Shown here: positions 47,101 to 56,760 of the stretch, piece after piece
Layout of the letters: every line of letters begins with the position of its first letter
How positions within the stretch are numbered: position 1 is the first letter of the stretch
IMG/VR virus record: IMGVR_UViG_3300032326_002475
Coordinates: 6,912-70,911 of that record
Reading direction: 5' to 3' (one strand)
Length of the DNA: 64,000 nt
DNA from: a virus
Notes under the pieces: model-generated
Databases searched by the model: none
What the model saw: the letters and a program-made list of their open reading frames with translations, nothing else
Told to the model about the DNA's origin: nothing
Position numbers and translations under genes: made by a program

Positions 47101-47859
47101 TTATTCTATTCTAGAATTTCTTGTTCTGATCTTTGCACTAGGTTTATTATACTGAGTAAAAGATGGAGTGTCCCTTGAAAAAGACTGAGACATTCCCTCA
47201 GAATTGTAAGACTGATTAATTCTAGATAGAGCTTGATGTTCTCTTAGCATTCTATCCATTTGAGAAGCAGCAAAGTCAATATTTCTCATTACATGTTCAA
47301 GATAAGTTAAAAATCTTTTAGCGTGAGACATTGGAGCAACAAATCTATGAACAGCAAAAGCAGCAGTTGCTTCTTTATCATGCTTAGCTCCAGATGTTAA
47401 CTTAATTGCCATTTCTTTGAGATTTTTATGAGCTTGAAAAATCATTTCATGATGAGCGTACACAACAGATATAATTTCTGTAATTCTATTTCTGTATTGC
47501 ACTTGTTTTGAATATGAAACTGCAAAGTTTCCAAAATCAAATTCATTTTTTGATGGAACACTAATATCCCATAAATTAATTTCTCTTCGGAAATCGACTT
47601 CATTATAATGTGGAAGCAAAGAAATATTAAGTCTCCAGCTTTCAACTTCTTTTTGAAAGCTTTCTTCAGTTACTCCCTTAAGCCTAGACACAATTTCAGA
47701 AGCAAAGTTTGAATCTTGCCAATCAATATTTTCAGGATTAGGTCCCCAAACAATATCAGCAATTACAAGATTGTTTTCATCATATTCATCACTGTCTACA
47801 TCAACAAAATTACCATCGTCATCTTCTTCATCATCTTCATAATACATAGTACACCTCAA
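47101..47859 (-). CDS. Hypothetical protein (acidic N-terminus, helical)
   Basis: ORF between dnaE and the SSB candidate. Confidence 0.55.
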   Translation of the reverse strand: MRCTMYYEDDEEDDDGNFVDVDSDEYDENNLVIADIVWGPNPENIDWQDSNFASEIVSRLKGVTEESFQKEVESWRLNISLLPHYNEVDFRREINLWDISVPSKNEFDFGNFAVSYSKQVQYRNRITEIISVVYAHHEMIFQAHKNLKEMAIKLTSGAKHDKEATAAFAVHRFVAPMSHAKRFLTYLEHVMRNIDFAASQMDRMLREHQALSRINQSYNSEGMSQSFSRDTPSFTQYNKPSAKIRTRNSRIE

Positions 47860-50800
47860 TCAAACAAATCGTCTTGTAAAAGTTGAGATAAGCTTTTGCT
47901 CTTATCTGATTGTGTTTTATTTTCTGATACTTTATTCTTTATTATATCTTGAAATGATAAAGAATTTTTATCTTTCAGCTTCTTTAGTCGTAAAGCATTT
48001 CTTTCTTCTTTTGTTCTTTCCTCTACAAGTTGATCCCAATACTCCATAAATTCATGAACAAATTCAAAGTTTCTGCTGTCTGGCAAACAATCTAATGCCC
48101 CTTCTTTAGCAAGAGCAAAAATCATTCCCTTATTTGGTCTTGCTCTAAAACACAAATCTTTAGAATCTTCAAAAGGCTGAAACTTTACAATATCTTCTGC
48201 TCTTGAACCAACCCCCTTGACAGATGAAAGTGGAAGCATAATTTCATTTTTGTCATTAACCAGGGTTGTCGTTCCAGATTCATTTACATTAGGATCTTTT
48301 AAGACAATTCTTTCCATATCACATTCTTTTTTAAGCATAGCAACTTTATCTTCATCGTCTTTTGCCAGATGAATACATGTTGCTAGCCATTCATGAGGAT
48401 AATAGAATCTAAGCCAAGCAGTCCAGAATGAAAGGATAGCGTATGAACAAGCATGAGATCTATTAAATGCATATCCTACAAACTTTGACATTAATGATAA
48501 GACAGACTCAACTGATGATTCCTTAACACCACGTTGAAGTGACTTTTGTCTAAACAATTCTGTGACTTCAGCAAATAACTTGTCATTCTTTTTTGAAATA
48601 GCTTTTCTCAATTTGTCTACTTCATTATGATCAAATCCAGCCATGTCACGAGCAAGTTGCATTCCTTGCTCCTGATAAACCATGATGTTATATGTAACTT
48701 CAAGATGTTTTTTGGTAATAGGATCGTCATACTGTACTAGGTCAGGATTCTTCTTTCCCTCAGCATAAGTATCAATATATTCAAGAGGACCAGGACGATA
48801 TAAGGAAACAACTGCGATAAGGTCTTCCATGTTAGATGCATTCACTTTTCGTAGAGCATCTTGCATACCCCTAGATGCAAACTGAAAGACAGAGGCAGTT
48901 TTTCCTTTAGCATAGATATTTTTATAAATCTTTGGATCTGCTAAATCAATGTCTCTTCTAACATCAATTTCAATACCTTTACGATCATTAATCATCTTTA
49001 TGGTATTAGCGATTTGTGTAAACGTATTCAGGCCAAGATAATCGTATTTAACAAGCCCAACTCTCTCGACGTTGAACATATCAAATCCAGAACATAAATT
49101 ACCCTTGGAATTTTCAATTGGAGCATGTTCACTTACAGGATCACCACAAATGATAACTCCAGCAGCATGGACAGAGAAGTTAGAAATAGTGCCAACTAAT
49201 TTCTTTGCAATATCAATTTCTTCTTTCCAATAACTGTAATGATTTCTAAATTCTGGGCTATTAACCAAGGCATCATCAATTGTAATATCTGGTACTTTAG
49301 GAATTGTTGCAGATACTTGCAATGCAGCTTGATGAACATTGTCACCAAATTTTTGATTAAACTTTTCAGAAGTTTTTAGTGATCCAACAACTGCTGCTTT
49401 TGCTCCATAAGTACCCCAAGCACCGATTTGAGCTACATGATCAGCCCCAAATCTTCCAATAGCCCAATCAATTACTTCTGAACGTCGAGAAGCATCAATA
49501 TCTGTATCAACGTCAGGAAGAGTTGCGACCTTAGATACATGTAACCCACCATCAGGCACTTTTTCACAAATTCCTAATATGTGAGCAGTCCATAAGTTAC
49601 TCTCATTTTCTTTGGTTGTAATTTCGTTATTGGCCAAGTCACAAATATAAGAAGATAAACCCTGATTCTCAAGCACCCATATTTCTTTAAGGATTTCTGG
49701 TTCATATTTAGCATATTCTGGGTTTTCACTAAGCCAATTTTTGCAGACTTTTGTAATGGCTTTGGAGTACTTTGTTTGTTCCATTTTGCCATTTTCTTGC
49801 ACCCATTGTTTAGCTGGATATTCTGAGATATCAATTTTGTATTGAGTGCCTCTTCCAGGATTTAAGAATCTTTCAAACATAAGATTCCATCTGACAGGAT
49901 CTACAGAAGAAACATCTAAGCAATAATTTACAAGAGAACCAACACCAGACCCACGTATCCCATAATAGATGTTTTGAGACTTCATAAATTCAACCATCTC
50001 ATTTTGAATCAAGAAGTAGTCTGTAACTCCCATGTACCATATTTGAGAAAGTTCTGATCGTAATCTAGCAACATAGCTCTTATTGTTAGCAAAGCCTAAA
50101 TTCTGAAGACCTGAAAAAGCTCTGAATGCCAAATAAGCTTCATTAGCATTGTTGTATGGAAGGTTAGTTTTCCAAAATTGAGCAAACTTTGGATTGTCTG
50201 TAGGTATGATTGCTTTAGGAAGATTATGTTCAATGTCTAACTTGAAAAAATCTTCAACCATTTCAGATATGAGTACTGAATTTTTGACACATTCAGGAAC
50301 AGTGCCAAAAACTTTCATCATTTCATCATGTGACTTTAGATAAAATTGATGAGTACCATAAGCTTCTTTTTTGCCATTCTTTTTAGTTATGCCAGTCTTT
50401 TCATCTCGCATATCTCTCATTTGAATAAGAACATCATGAAGCTTCCAATCAAGTTTGTCCAAATAATGTACGTCATTTGAAGCTACTGTTGGAATATCAA
50501 ATTTCTTTGCTATATCTAATAAGTGACCTAGATTGTTTTTTTGTTCTTCAATTCCATGGTATTGAAGCTCCACAAAGTATCTATCCTGATAAAGCTCTTT
50601 GAATTTATTAGCAGTTGAAAAAGCTTTCTCAATATCCTCTTTCATCAATGCTTGATTAACTTCAGAAGCTAAGCATCCAGAAAGAGCAATAACACCTTCA
50701 GAATGCTTTTCAAGACATCCCCAATCAACTCTAGGAGAATAATAAAAAGCTTCTGGATCATTGCCTAAAGCAGAAAGAGCAAGCAAGTTCTTATAGCCTA

Positions 50801-51119
50801 CTTCATTTTGAGCAAGTAGGGTCAAGTGATTTAGCTTCTGTCTTTTACCATCTTCAGTTTTGCTTTTATCAAATCTGTCTGGGCAAGTATAAACTTCTAT
50901 GCCAATAATAGGTTTTATCTGATTAACATTGTCAACATGGCTTCTACAGTTAGAAACAAATTCCACTGTTCCTGACATTTTTCCATGATCAGTTATAGCA
51001 GTAGCTCTGAAACCCATTTCTCTAGCCTTCATAGCATATTTTGCCGGAGAAGGTAACGCATCTTGTATGGAAAAATGAGTATGAGCGTGAAGATGCACAA
51101 AATCCTTATTATTACACAT
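47856..51119 (-). CDS. dnaE: DNA polymerase III alpha subunit (family C)
   Basis: PHP motifs HLHAHTHFS, TDHG, SNDVHY; RGSGVGS, FERFLNP, PDVDTD, HAAGV, YRPGP, YQEQ, YAFNRSH. Confidence 0.96.
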   Translation of the reverse strand: MCNNKDFVHLHAHTHFSIQDALPSPAKYAMKAREMGFRATAITDHGKMSGTVEFVSNCRSHVDNVNQIKPIIGIEVYTCPDRFDKSKTEDGKRQKLNHLTLLAQNEVGYKNLLALSALGNDPEAFYYSPRVDWGCLEKHSEGVIALSGCLASEVNQALMKEDIEKAFSTANKFKELYQDRYFVELQYHGIEEQKNNLGHLLDIAKKFDIPTVASNDVHYLDKLDWKLHDVLIQMRDMRDEKTGITKKNGKKEAYGTHQFYLKSHDEMMKVFGTVPECVKNSVLISEMVEDFFKLDIEHNLPKAIIPTDNPKFAQFWKTNLPYNNANEAYLAFRAFSGLQNLGFANNKSYVARLRSELSQIWYMGVTDYFLIQNEMVEFMKSQNIYYGIRGSGVGSLVNYCLDVSSVDPVRWNLMFERFLNPGRGTQYKIDISEYPAKQWVQENGKMEQTKYSKAITKVCKNWLSENPEYAKYEPEILKEIWVLENQGLSSYICDLANNEITTKENESNLWTAHILGICEKVPDGGLHVSKVATLPDVDTDIDASRRSEVIDWAIGRFGADHVAQIGAWGTYGAKAAVVGSLKTSEKFNQKFGDNVHQAALQVSATIPKVPDITIDDALVNSPEFRNHYSYWKEEIDIAKKLVGTISNFSVHAAGVIICGDPVSEHAPIENSKGNLCSGFDMFNVERVGLVKYDYLGLNTFTQIANTIKMINDRKGIEIDVRRDIDLADPKIYKNIYAKGKTASVFQFASRGMQDALRKVNASNMEDLIAVVSLYRPGPLEYIDTYAEGKKNPDLVQYDDPITKKHLEVTYNIMVYQEQGMQLARDMAGFDHNEVDKLRKAISKKNDKLFAEVTELFRQKSLQRGVKESSVESVLSLMSKFVGYAFNRSHACSYAILSFWTAWLRFYYPHEWLATCIHLAKDDEDKVAMLKKECDMERIVLKDPNVNESGTTTLVNDKNEIMLPLSSVKGVGSRAEDIVKFQPFEDSKDLCFRARPNKGMIFALAKEGALDCLPDSRNFEFVHEFMEYWDQLVEERTKEERNALRLKKLKDKNSLSFQDIIKNKVSENKTQSDKSKSLSQLLQDDLFD

Positions 51120-51175
51120 ATTGACCTTTCATGTAAGCGCCATCAAAGACAGTCATTCACTTACTAACACAGTCA

Positions 51176-52000
51176 TTATTGCTCACAAACAATTACTTTA
51201 TTGCCGTTTGCAAAAATATTTTTATCTCTTCTAGAATACAGTTTTTTAGGTAAATTATCAAGTAAAGCTTTGTCGATTTTCTTGAGTTCTTTTGGTCTAT
51301 ATTCAAAGGGCAAGAAGTTCAAATCCTTTATTTTGTAGGAATTGGAAATTTGCTTAACAAGTAAATATTTGTCATCTTGTTCAATAATTCTCATTCCCCA
51401 AGGATGATCTGAATTAAGGATAATTGATACAAGCAATTCTTTAGTATTGCTTTCTTCTAATATTTCAAAATTAAATATTTTGTCAACTAAATTGCATTCT
51501 TTTATAGCATTTCTTATTGTTGACTCACTTAATCCTAGTATGTTTGATAATGCGATGATGCTTATTGGACTAGGATCTTCAAATCTAGCAGCAAAGAGAG
51601 AAATCAAAATTTGCTTGATAAACTTTGTAGATGAATCCTCAAATAGAAAAAAGGGCAAGGCTATACATTTACTTTTTGAAACTTTAGGAGAAAGTCTAGT
51701 AATAACTTTACCAAAGCCATACAAATAAACTGATTTTTTACCCTTATGAGTACATGTCTTGGACCAATATTTGTCAACGCCTTTATTGACTAATTTGTAG
51801 ACATAAGTTGAATTAAAGTTAAAGACATTTCTAGCTACATCTAAAAGTTGGCTATAACAAACAAATCCTGAACCACTCTTGTCAGCTCTTTTCATAACAA
51901 GCCAAAGTATAAAAACATCTGACTCTTTGTTAGTAAGAACTTGAGGAATTAGTTCAGGATTTATTGTGATGTAGTTATTAGTCTGAGAACACGTTGCCAA
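51176..52000 (-). CDS. Helix-turn-helix DNA-binding protein (possible replication initiator)
   Basis: PISIIALSNILGLSESTIRNAI HTH. Confidence 0.45.
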   Translation of the reverse strand: MATCSQTNNYITINPELIPQVLTNKESDVFILWLVMKRADKSGSGFVCYSQLLDVARNVFNFNSTYVYKLVNKGVDKYWSKTCTHKGKKSVYLYGFGKVITRLSPKVSKSKCIALPFFLFEDSSTKFIKQILISLFAARFEDPSPISIIALSNILGLSESTIRNAIKECNLVDKIFNFEILEESNTKELLVSIILNSDHPWGMRIIEQDDKYLLVKQISNSYKIKDLNFLPFEYRPKELKKIDKALLDNLPKKLYSRRDKNIFANGNKVIVCEQ

Positions 52001-52217
52001 TTTTTTCTATTTCTTTCTCAACCCCCTGCCTAATTAGAAACTTGATAATTTCATCTTCAGACAAGTTGTAATATTTAGAAAGAAGCGTAATTACAAAATG
52101 AAGCTTCTTGGCTAGTGTACCATTTACTATAAGATTGACGGGAATTTCATCTGGAGAATTTGAAAGTTCTTTTAGTAAATCTTCATGGTGGATTTCATTT
52201 GGATTCTGTAAGTTCAT
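51978..52217 (-). CDS. Small hypothetical protein (ribbon-helix-helix-like)
   Basis: 79 aa; IPVNLIV..LAKKL...LSEDEIIKFLIRQG. Confidence 0.4.
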   Translation of the reverse strand: MNLQNPNEIHHEDLLKELSNSPDEIPVNLIVNGTLAKKLHFVITLLSKYYNLSEDEIIKFLIRQGVEKEIEKIGNVFSD

Positions 52218-52833
52218 TTAAATGCTCCTTAAAATTTTTATTGTAATTCTTCCAAAAATTGTTTATGCTGATGTAATCTTTTTTATCCATTAAGCTATCA
52301 AAAGTTTTATATTGCTGATCAATCCAATTAGCAATTTTGGGATCTTGATTATGTTTTGATAAAAGTCTTTTACTTTTTTCTGACATTGCAAACATAAAGC
52401 TAATTTCGTTCAAGCCACCAGGAAATAGTGAAGTGTTTTCTGTTTTAAGGTACTCATGAATTTTGCTTTGAAATTCGTTAACTAAATATTTCATATCTAA
52501 ATTAACAGTTTCAACTTCAATTCCAGCATGAACAGAAAGTTTTTGGACAGCTTCAATAAAATTAAATCCTTCTACAGATTGAATTAACTTTATTATGTCT
52601 CCAGAAGCTCCACATCCAAAACAATTGTAAGAGTTTGTTTCTAAATTGACTCCAAAAGAGGGGCTAGAGTCATCATGATTAGGCATAGGGCAGTTAGTAT
52701 TAGCCCATTGCGAGTTTTTTGTGTAAATGAAGTCTGAATCATACTCAAATTCCATAAATTCATCAATTTTTATCATTTTATTAAGCTGAATGATAAATTG
52801 TCTTGTTATTTTTTCTTTCAACTTAATACCCAA
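52195..52833 (-). CDS. Stand-alone CHC2 zinc-finger protein (primase Zn-binding domain)
   Basis: CPMPNHDDSSPSF...YNCFGCGASGDIIKLIQ..EG.NFIEAV..L. Confidence 0.85.
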   Translation of the reverse strand: MGIKLKEKITRQFIIQLNKMIKIDEFMEFEYDSDFIYTKNSQWANTNCPMPNHDDSSPSFGVNLETNSYNCFGCGASGDIIKLIQSVEGFNFIEAVQKLSVHAGIEVETVNLDMKYLVNEFQSKIHEYLKTENTSLFPGGLNEISFMFAMSEKSKRLLSKHNQDPKIANWIDQQYKTFDSLMDKKDYISINNFWKNYNKNFKEHLNELTESK

Positions 52834-54407
52834 TCAGTAATTTGAATTTCATCATCATCTTCATCAGGGACAATGAACATCTCTTCTTCCTCATGAGTTT
52901 CAGCTTGCTTCTTCATAGGAATTTTTTCTAATTGAGTTTCTGTTGTGGCTGGTTTAGAGATTGTCGTAGCACCATTACTCATTTGATGCAAGCCCATAAT
53001 CTGTTCTTGCTCTTCTTTGTCCATCTCTCTGACTTTATTATATTCAGGATCCATAGCTATAGGAAATGGATTAAAGAAGGCATCACGCATTTTGACAGGA
53101 TGCAAAATACAGTATCCTTTTTCACGATTTGGCTCCATAGCAATAGCATAAGTACACAAGTGCATTAAGTTTTGTCCACCAGAGGCAGCAGCTTGATCAT
53201 AAGACATAAATTTGTTATTTTCTTTACTTTTTCTGCTATCTTTAATAGTTTCTCTGTTAATCTGTTGTGCCGTAATGATAGGAATATTGTATCTTTTAGC
53301 CATTATGAAAAGCTGTTGAATTGCTTTTGATTGCAATTCCCAGTCTTTGCTTGCTGGTCCAGGATTACGCACTGTCATGTTTCCAATATAGTCAACAACA
53401 AGTAAATCAGGCTTACCTTTAGTGGCAATCAGGTCTCTAATCTTGCTATCAATATATTCTGGTGTAGGATCTTCCATATTAACATCATATTCAAAATACG
53501 GTCCATCTTCAGCAGATTTTAATCCATCAATAATCTTCCGCTTCTCATCAGGTGAAAGTGTATTACCCTTGATTTGACTATAAGGAATTTCATATGACAA
53601 AGAAACATGCCTAAGTAAACAAAGCCAAGAGTTCATTTCAAAAGACATGTAAAGAACTTTTTTTCCACATTTTTTATTGGCATGAATAGCTGAGTTGAGT
53701 AACATAACACTTTTTCCACCAGAAGAAGGAGCTAAAAATACTACAATCTGTCCTGGAAGCCAACCAAATGTTTTGTCATCAATATTAGATATTCCGCACT
53801 CGATGCCTTTATATAACTCAGGATGATTAAGTCTTTTGTCATATTCAGTCTCAAAGAATGTTGAAGACTCAGCAACATCAAAGCTGTGTTTATCTCCACC
53901 AATCTCATTTTTTTGTTCTTGAATTTGATCTAAATTTTTCTGAATAACTTTAAGTGATTCATCTAATCCATTACTGTTTAGTTGCTCATATCCATCACTG
54001 AGCATTTTTGATAAAAGTCTTAGACAGTATTTATTCTTTATTTGGCTAGTGATTTCATAAAAATCATTCTCATTAACATCAGTATCTTCAACTTCTGACC
54101 ACAGTGTAAGAAGTTTAACTTTTGTCTTTTCTCCAACTTTATATTCTTGGAACTTTGACTCTAATACATAAGAAGTAAAAAGACTACCGCCACTTTCTAT
54201 CCAGTAATTATGAATGAGCATGAACAAAGCACGAGTATATGAAGTTTTATCATTTTGGCCTTGATATTCAAAATGATCCCCACTTATGCCTCTTGTAATT
54301 AACTTGTCCATGCACTTTGGAAATTTTATAAGCGCAGAGAGACACATTATTTCTAATTCTTGCTGATCTAATTTCATTTTACGTGAGGCAACCTTATCGT
54401 CAAACAA
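52818..54407 (-). CDS. dnaB: DnaB-like replicative helicase
   Basis: GISNID, APSSGGKS, YMSFEM, LVVDYI, TAQQINR. Confidence 0.9.
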   Translation of the reverse strand: MFDDKVASRKMKLDQQELEIMCLSALIKFPKCMDKLITRGISGDHFEYQGQNDKTSYTRALFMLIHNYWIESGGSLFTSYVLESKFQEYKVGEKTKVKLLTLWSEVEDTDVNENDFYEITSQIKNKYCLRLLSKMLSDGYEQLNSNGLDESLKVIQKNLDQIQEQKNEIGGDKHSFDVAESSTFFETEYDKRLNHPELYKGIECGISNIDDKTFGWLPGQIVVFLAPSSGGKSVMLLNSAIHANKKCGKKVLYMSFEMNSWLCLLRHVSLSYEIPYSQIKGNTLSPDEKRKIIDGLKSAEDGPYFEYDVNMEDPTPEYIDSKIRDLIATKGKPDLLVVDYIGNMTVRNPGPASKDWELQSKAIQQLFIMAKRYNIPIITAQQINRETIKDSRKSKENNKFMSYDQAAASGGQNLMHLCTYAIAMEPNREKGYCILHPVKMRDAFFNPFPIAMDPEYNKVREMDKEEQEQIMGLHQMSNGATTISKPATTETQLEKIPMKKQAETHEEEEMFIVPDEDDDEIQITDWVLS

Positions 54408-55165
54408 TTTCTGAGAAGACTATTCCAACCTGATCCTACACTAATTTGGTTTGCATTTCCAATACTTAGTAAAACAGAAGGTTTACCAGAATGAAGTCTA
54501 GCTTTAGATAACCTGTCAAGATTTTGAATAAATGATGGATGAGTATTGTTGTAACTTTCTATTCCATCAATAGCAATGAAGTCTAAGTTCTTAAGCTCTT
54601 CAGCAAGATTGTCAGCATCATCTTTTTTGTTAAAGTCAGTGATGATGTCTAAAATTTCAGACCAATCATAATATTTTGCAGTTAGGCCTTGGCGTATTGC
54701 AGACTGGACTAAAACTGCAGCTATGAATGTTTTTCCACTTCCAATGCTTCCTTCAAACATAAGAGAATGAATGTCATTTGTTGCATTTCCAGCATGTTTG
54801 ATTCTTGGTAAGTGTCCATTTACAATTTTCTTGATATGCTTGTTGTAAAAATTCAAAAAGATGAATATTTTTTCACTTATTGACTGCTGAATGCCTAAAT
54901 CATTTCCTTCTGAATCTGTTCTAGTATTCCAATCGTCAACACTTTTACCAAAAAATGGTTTAGGCACATTAGCTCTAGCAAAAAGATCAGCAAAGATCTT
55001 TTCTTTTTGGCAACTACACATAACAGCCTTACCTTGCATGTTATTTGTATAGCCGGAATAATCACAAAGAACACATCCTTTGCCACTATTTCTTCTAGCA
55101 AGTCTAGCGCCTTCTTTAAGTTGCTCGACTGAGACTATTCCTAATATTTCATTAAAATTACTCAT
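54374..55165 (-). CDS. DnaC/IstB-like helicase loader ATPase
   Basis: CVLC...CSC Zn motif, ARANVP, FEGSIGSGKT, FIAIDG. Confidence 0.75.
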   Translation of the reverse strand: MSNFNEILGIVSVEQLKEGARLARRNSGKGCVLCDYSGYTNNMQGKAVMCSCQKEKIFADLFARANVPKPFFGKSVDDWNTRTDSEGNDLGIQQSISEKIFIFLNFYNKHIKKIVNGHLPRIKHAGNATNDIHSLMFEGSIGSGKTFIAAVLVQSAIRQGLTAKYYDWSEILDIITDFNKKDDADNLAEELKNLDFIAIDGIESYNNTHPSFIQNLDRLSKARLHSGKPSVLLSIGNANQISVGSGWNSLLRNCLTIRLPHVK

Positions 55166-56760
55166 AAGTCATCACCTTCGTCAAGCAACACTATATCATC
55201 ATAATTAGAGGCATTTCTAGCCCTATCACTAGCCCAATGCCTTAAGTTTTCGATGTCTTCTTTCATCAATTTTGAAATAGGCACAGAACTCTTGATTGCT
55301 GTTTCTATGTCTTTGTTTGTAACTTCTCTCTTGTCATCAGAGAAGGCTTCATACAAGGCTGCTTCTATTGATGACTCTATTTCTGCACCAGTAAAGCTTT
55401 CAGTAATCTCTGCTAAATAATTAAGATTGAAATTCTTTGGATTTCTAGCTCTTTTTTGAAGATGTATTTCAAAAATCTTCTTTCTCTCTAAAAATCTTGG
55501 TAAGTCAACAAAGAATATTTCATCAAATCTACCTTTTCTAAGTAACTCTGGAGGCAAATTAGTAACATCATTAGCAGTAGCCACAACAAAAACTGGAGCT
55601 TGTCTATCTTGCATCCATGTAAGCCATGAACCTAAAACTCTTGATGTCGTGCCTCCATCAGTAGAAGAAGATGATCTAGAACCTGACATTCCCTTATCAA
55701 TTTCATCACACCACAAAATACATGGTGCTACTGATTCAGCTACCTTGAATACTTGTCTCATGTTTTGTTCAGAGCTACCAACTAAACCAGAGAAAACTTT
55801 GCCCATGTCAAGTTTAAGTAAGGGAAAATTCCAATAAGATGAGACAGCTTTTGCAAATAAACTTTTTCCAGCTCCTTGAATTCCAACAAGTAAAATGCCT
55901 TTTGGGTTTTGTGGTAATCCATATTCTAGAGCTTCTTTTGAGAATGCATCTTTTCTTTTATCAAGCCAATCTTTAAGGCCATTTAATCCTCCAACTTTTG
56001 ACATTGAAATAGTTTCATCTATCCAATCAAGCAGTCCGGATTTTCTTATAATGTCTCTTTTTTGTTGAGAAATTACTTCAGGCAATAATGAAGTGTGCTT
56101 TATCATGCAGTAAGTACAAACTTGCTCGCATTCTGAAATTGTCAATCCTCTAAATGAATTAACAATAATGTCTAAAATTAATGGATCATATGTGGTCTGG
56201 AATTTAGCAGACAGGTCTTTTCTTTTAGCTGCCTTTCCTAACATTTCTAAAATCTTGTATTCGATTTCTTCTTTTGTCGGCAGTGGAAAATCAATAACAG
56301 GAACAATCTTCTCTAAATCATTCGGAAGTTCTAGCTGAGAAGAAATGATAATAATTGCTTTGTTTTCAGTAGAGAATTGATAGGATAAATTTTTGGTATG
56401 TCTAAGAATTTTATTTTCAAGTTGTCCACGGTAATTTCCATGTCCAAAGTATTTATGAAAATCTTTAAGAATTAGTAAGCAAAATTTATTCTTAGGTACT
56501 ATTAAGTTTTCAAACCAAGAGAGTACTTCTTCTTGATCTAATTTTTTTTCAGAATCTTTTACTGGCATAAATTCTGGGAAAGAAGAATGCAAGCCAGAAA
56601 CTATGTCCCATTTTATAAGATCCCAAGAAGTATCAGCTTTGGAACACATTGATTCCAAAGCTGACATGACGCGATTTTCTTCTTGAGACACTAGATACAA
56701 AATTGTTCGTTTTGATCTTATCAGCAACTCAATTTCTTCTACTGTTTCTTGGCTATTCAT
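55162..56760 (-). CDS. Ycf46-like AAA+ ATPase
   Basis: SQEENR, LKDFH, VGGLNGLKDWL, GIQGAGKS, WCDEIDK, PPELLRKGRFDEIFFVDLP, LRHWA. Confidence 0.88.
   Translation of the reverse strand: MNSQETVEEIELLIRSKRTILYLVSQEENRVMSALESMCSKADTSWDLIKWDIVSGLHSSFPEFMPVKDSEKKLDQEEVLSWFENLIVPKNKFCLLILKDFHKYFGHGNYRGQLENKILRHTKNLSYQFSTENKAIIIISSQLELPNDLEKIVPVIDFPLPTKEEIEYKILEMLGKAAKRKDLSAKFQTTYDPLILDIIVNSFRGLTISECEQVCTYCMIKHTSLLPEVISQQKRDIIRKSGLLDWIDETISMSKVGGLNGLKDWLDKRKDAFSKEALEYGLPQNPKGILLVGIQGAGKSLFAKAVSSYWNFPLLKLDMGKVFSGLVGSSEQNMRQVFKVAESVAPCILWCDEIDKGMSGSRSSSSTDGGTTSRVLGSWLTWMQDRQAPVFVVATANDVTNLPPELLRKGRFDEIFFVDLPRFLERKKIFEIHLQKRARNPKNFNLNYLAEITESFTGAEIESSIEAALYEAFSDDKREVTNKDIETAIKSSVPISKLMKEDIENLRHWASDRARNASNYDDIVLLDEGDDL

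Noticed and set aside
47856-51119. Intein in DnaE (TerL, NrdA, DnaB and RecA also checked)
   Set aside because: No C/S...HN-C/S/T splice junctions or LAGLIDADG motifs were seen, and the inserts are short.
51149-51177. Direct repeat acagtcatt upstream of dnaE as an origin iteron
   Set aside because: There are only two 9-bp copies, which is too weak to call.
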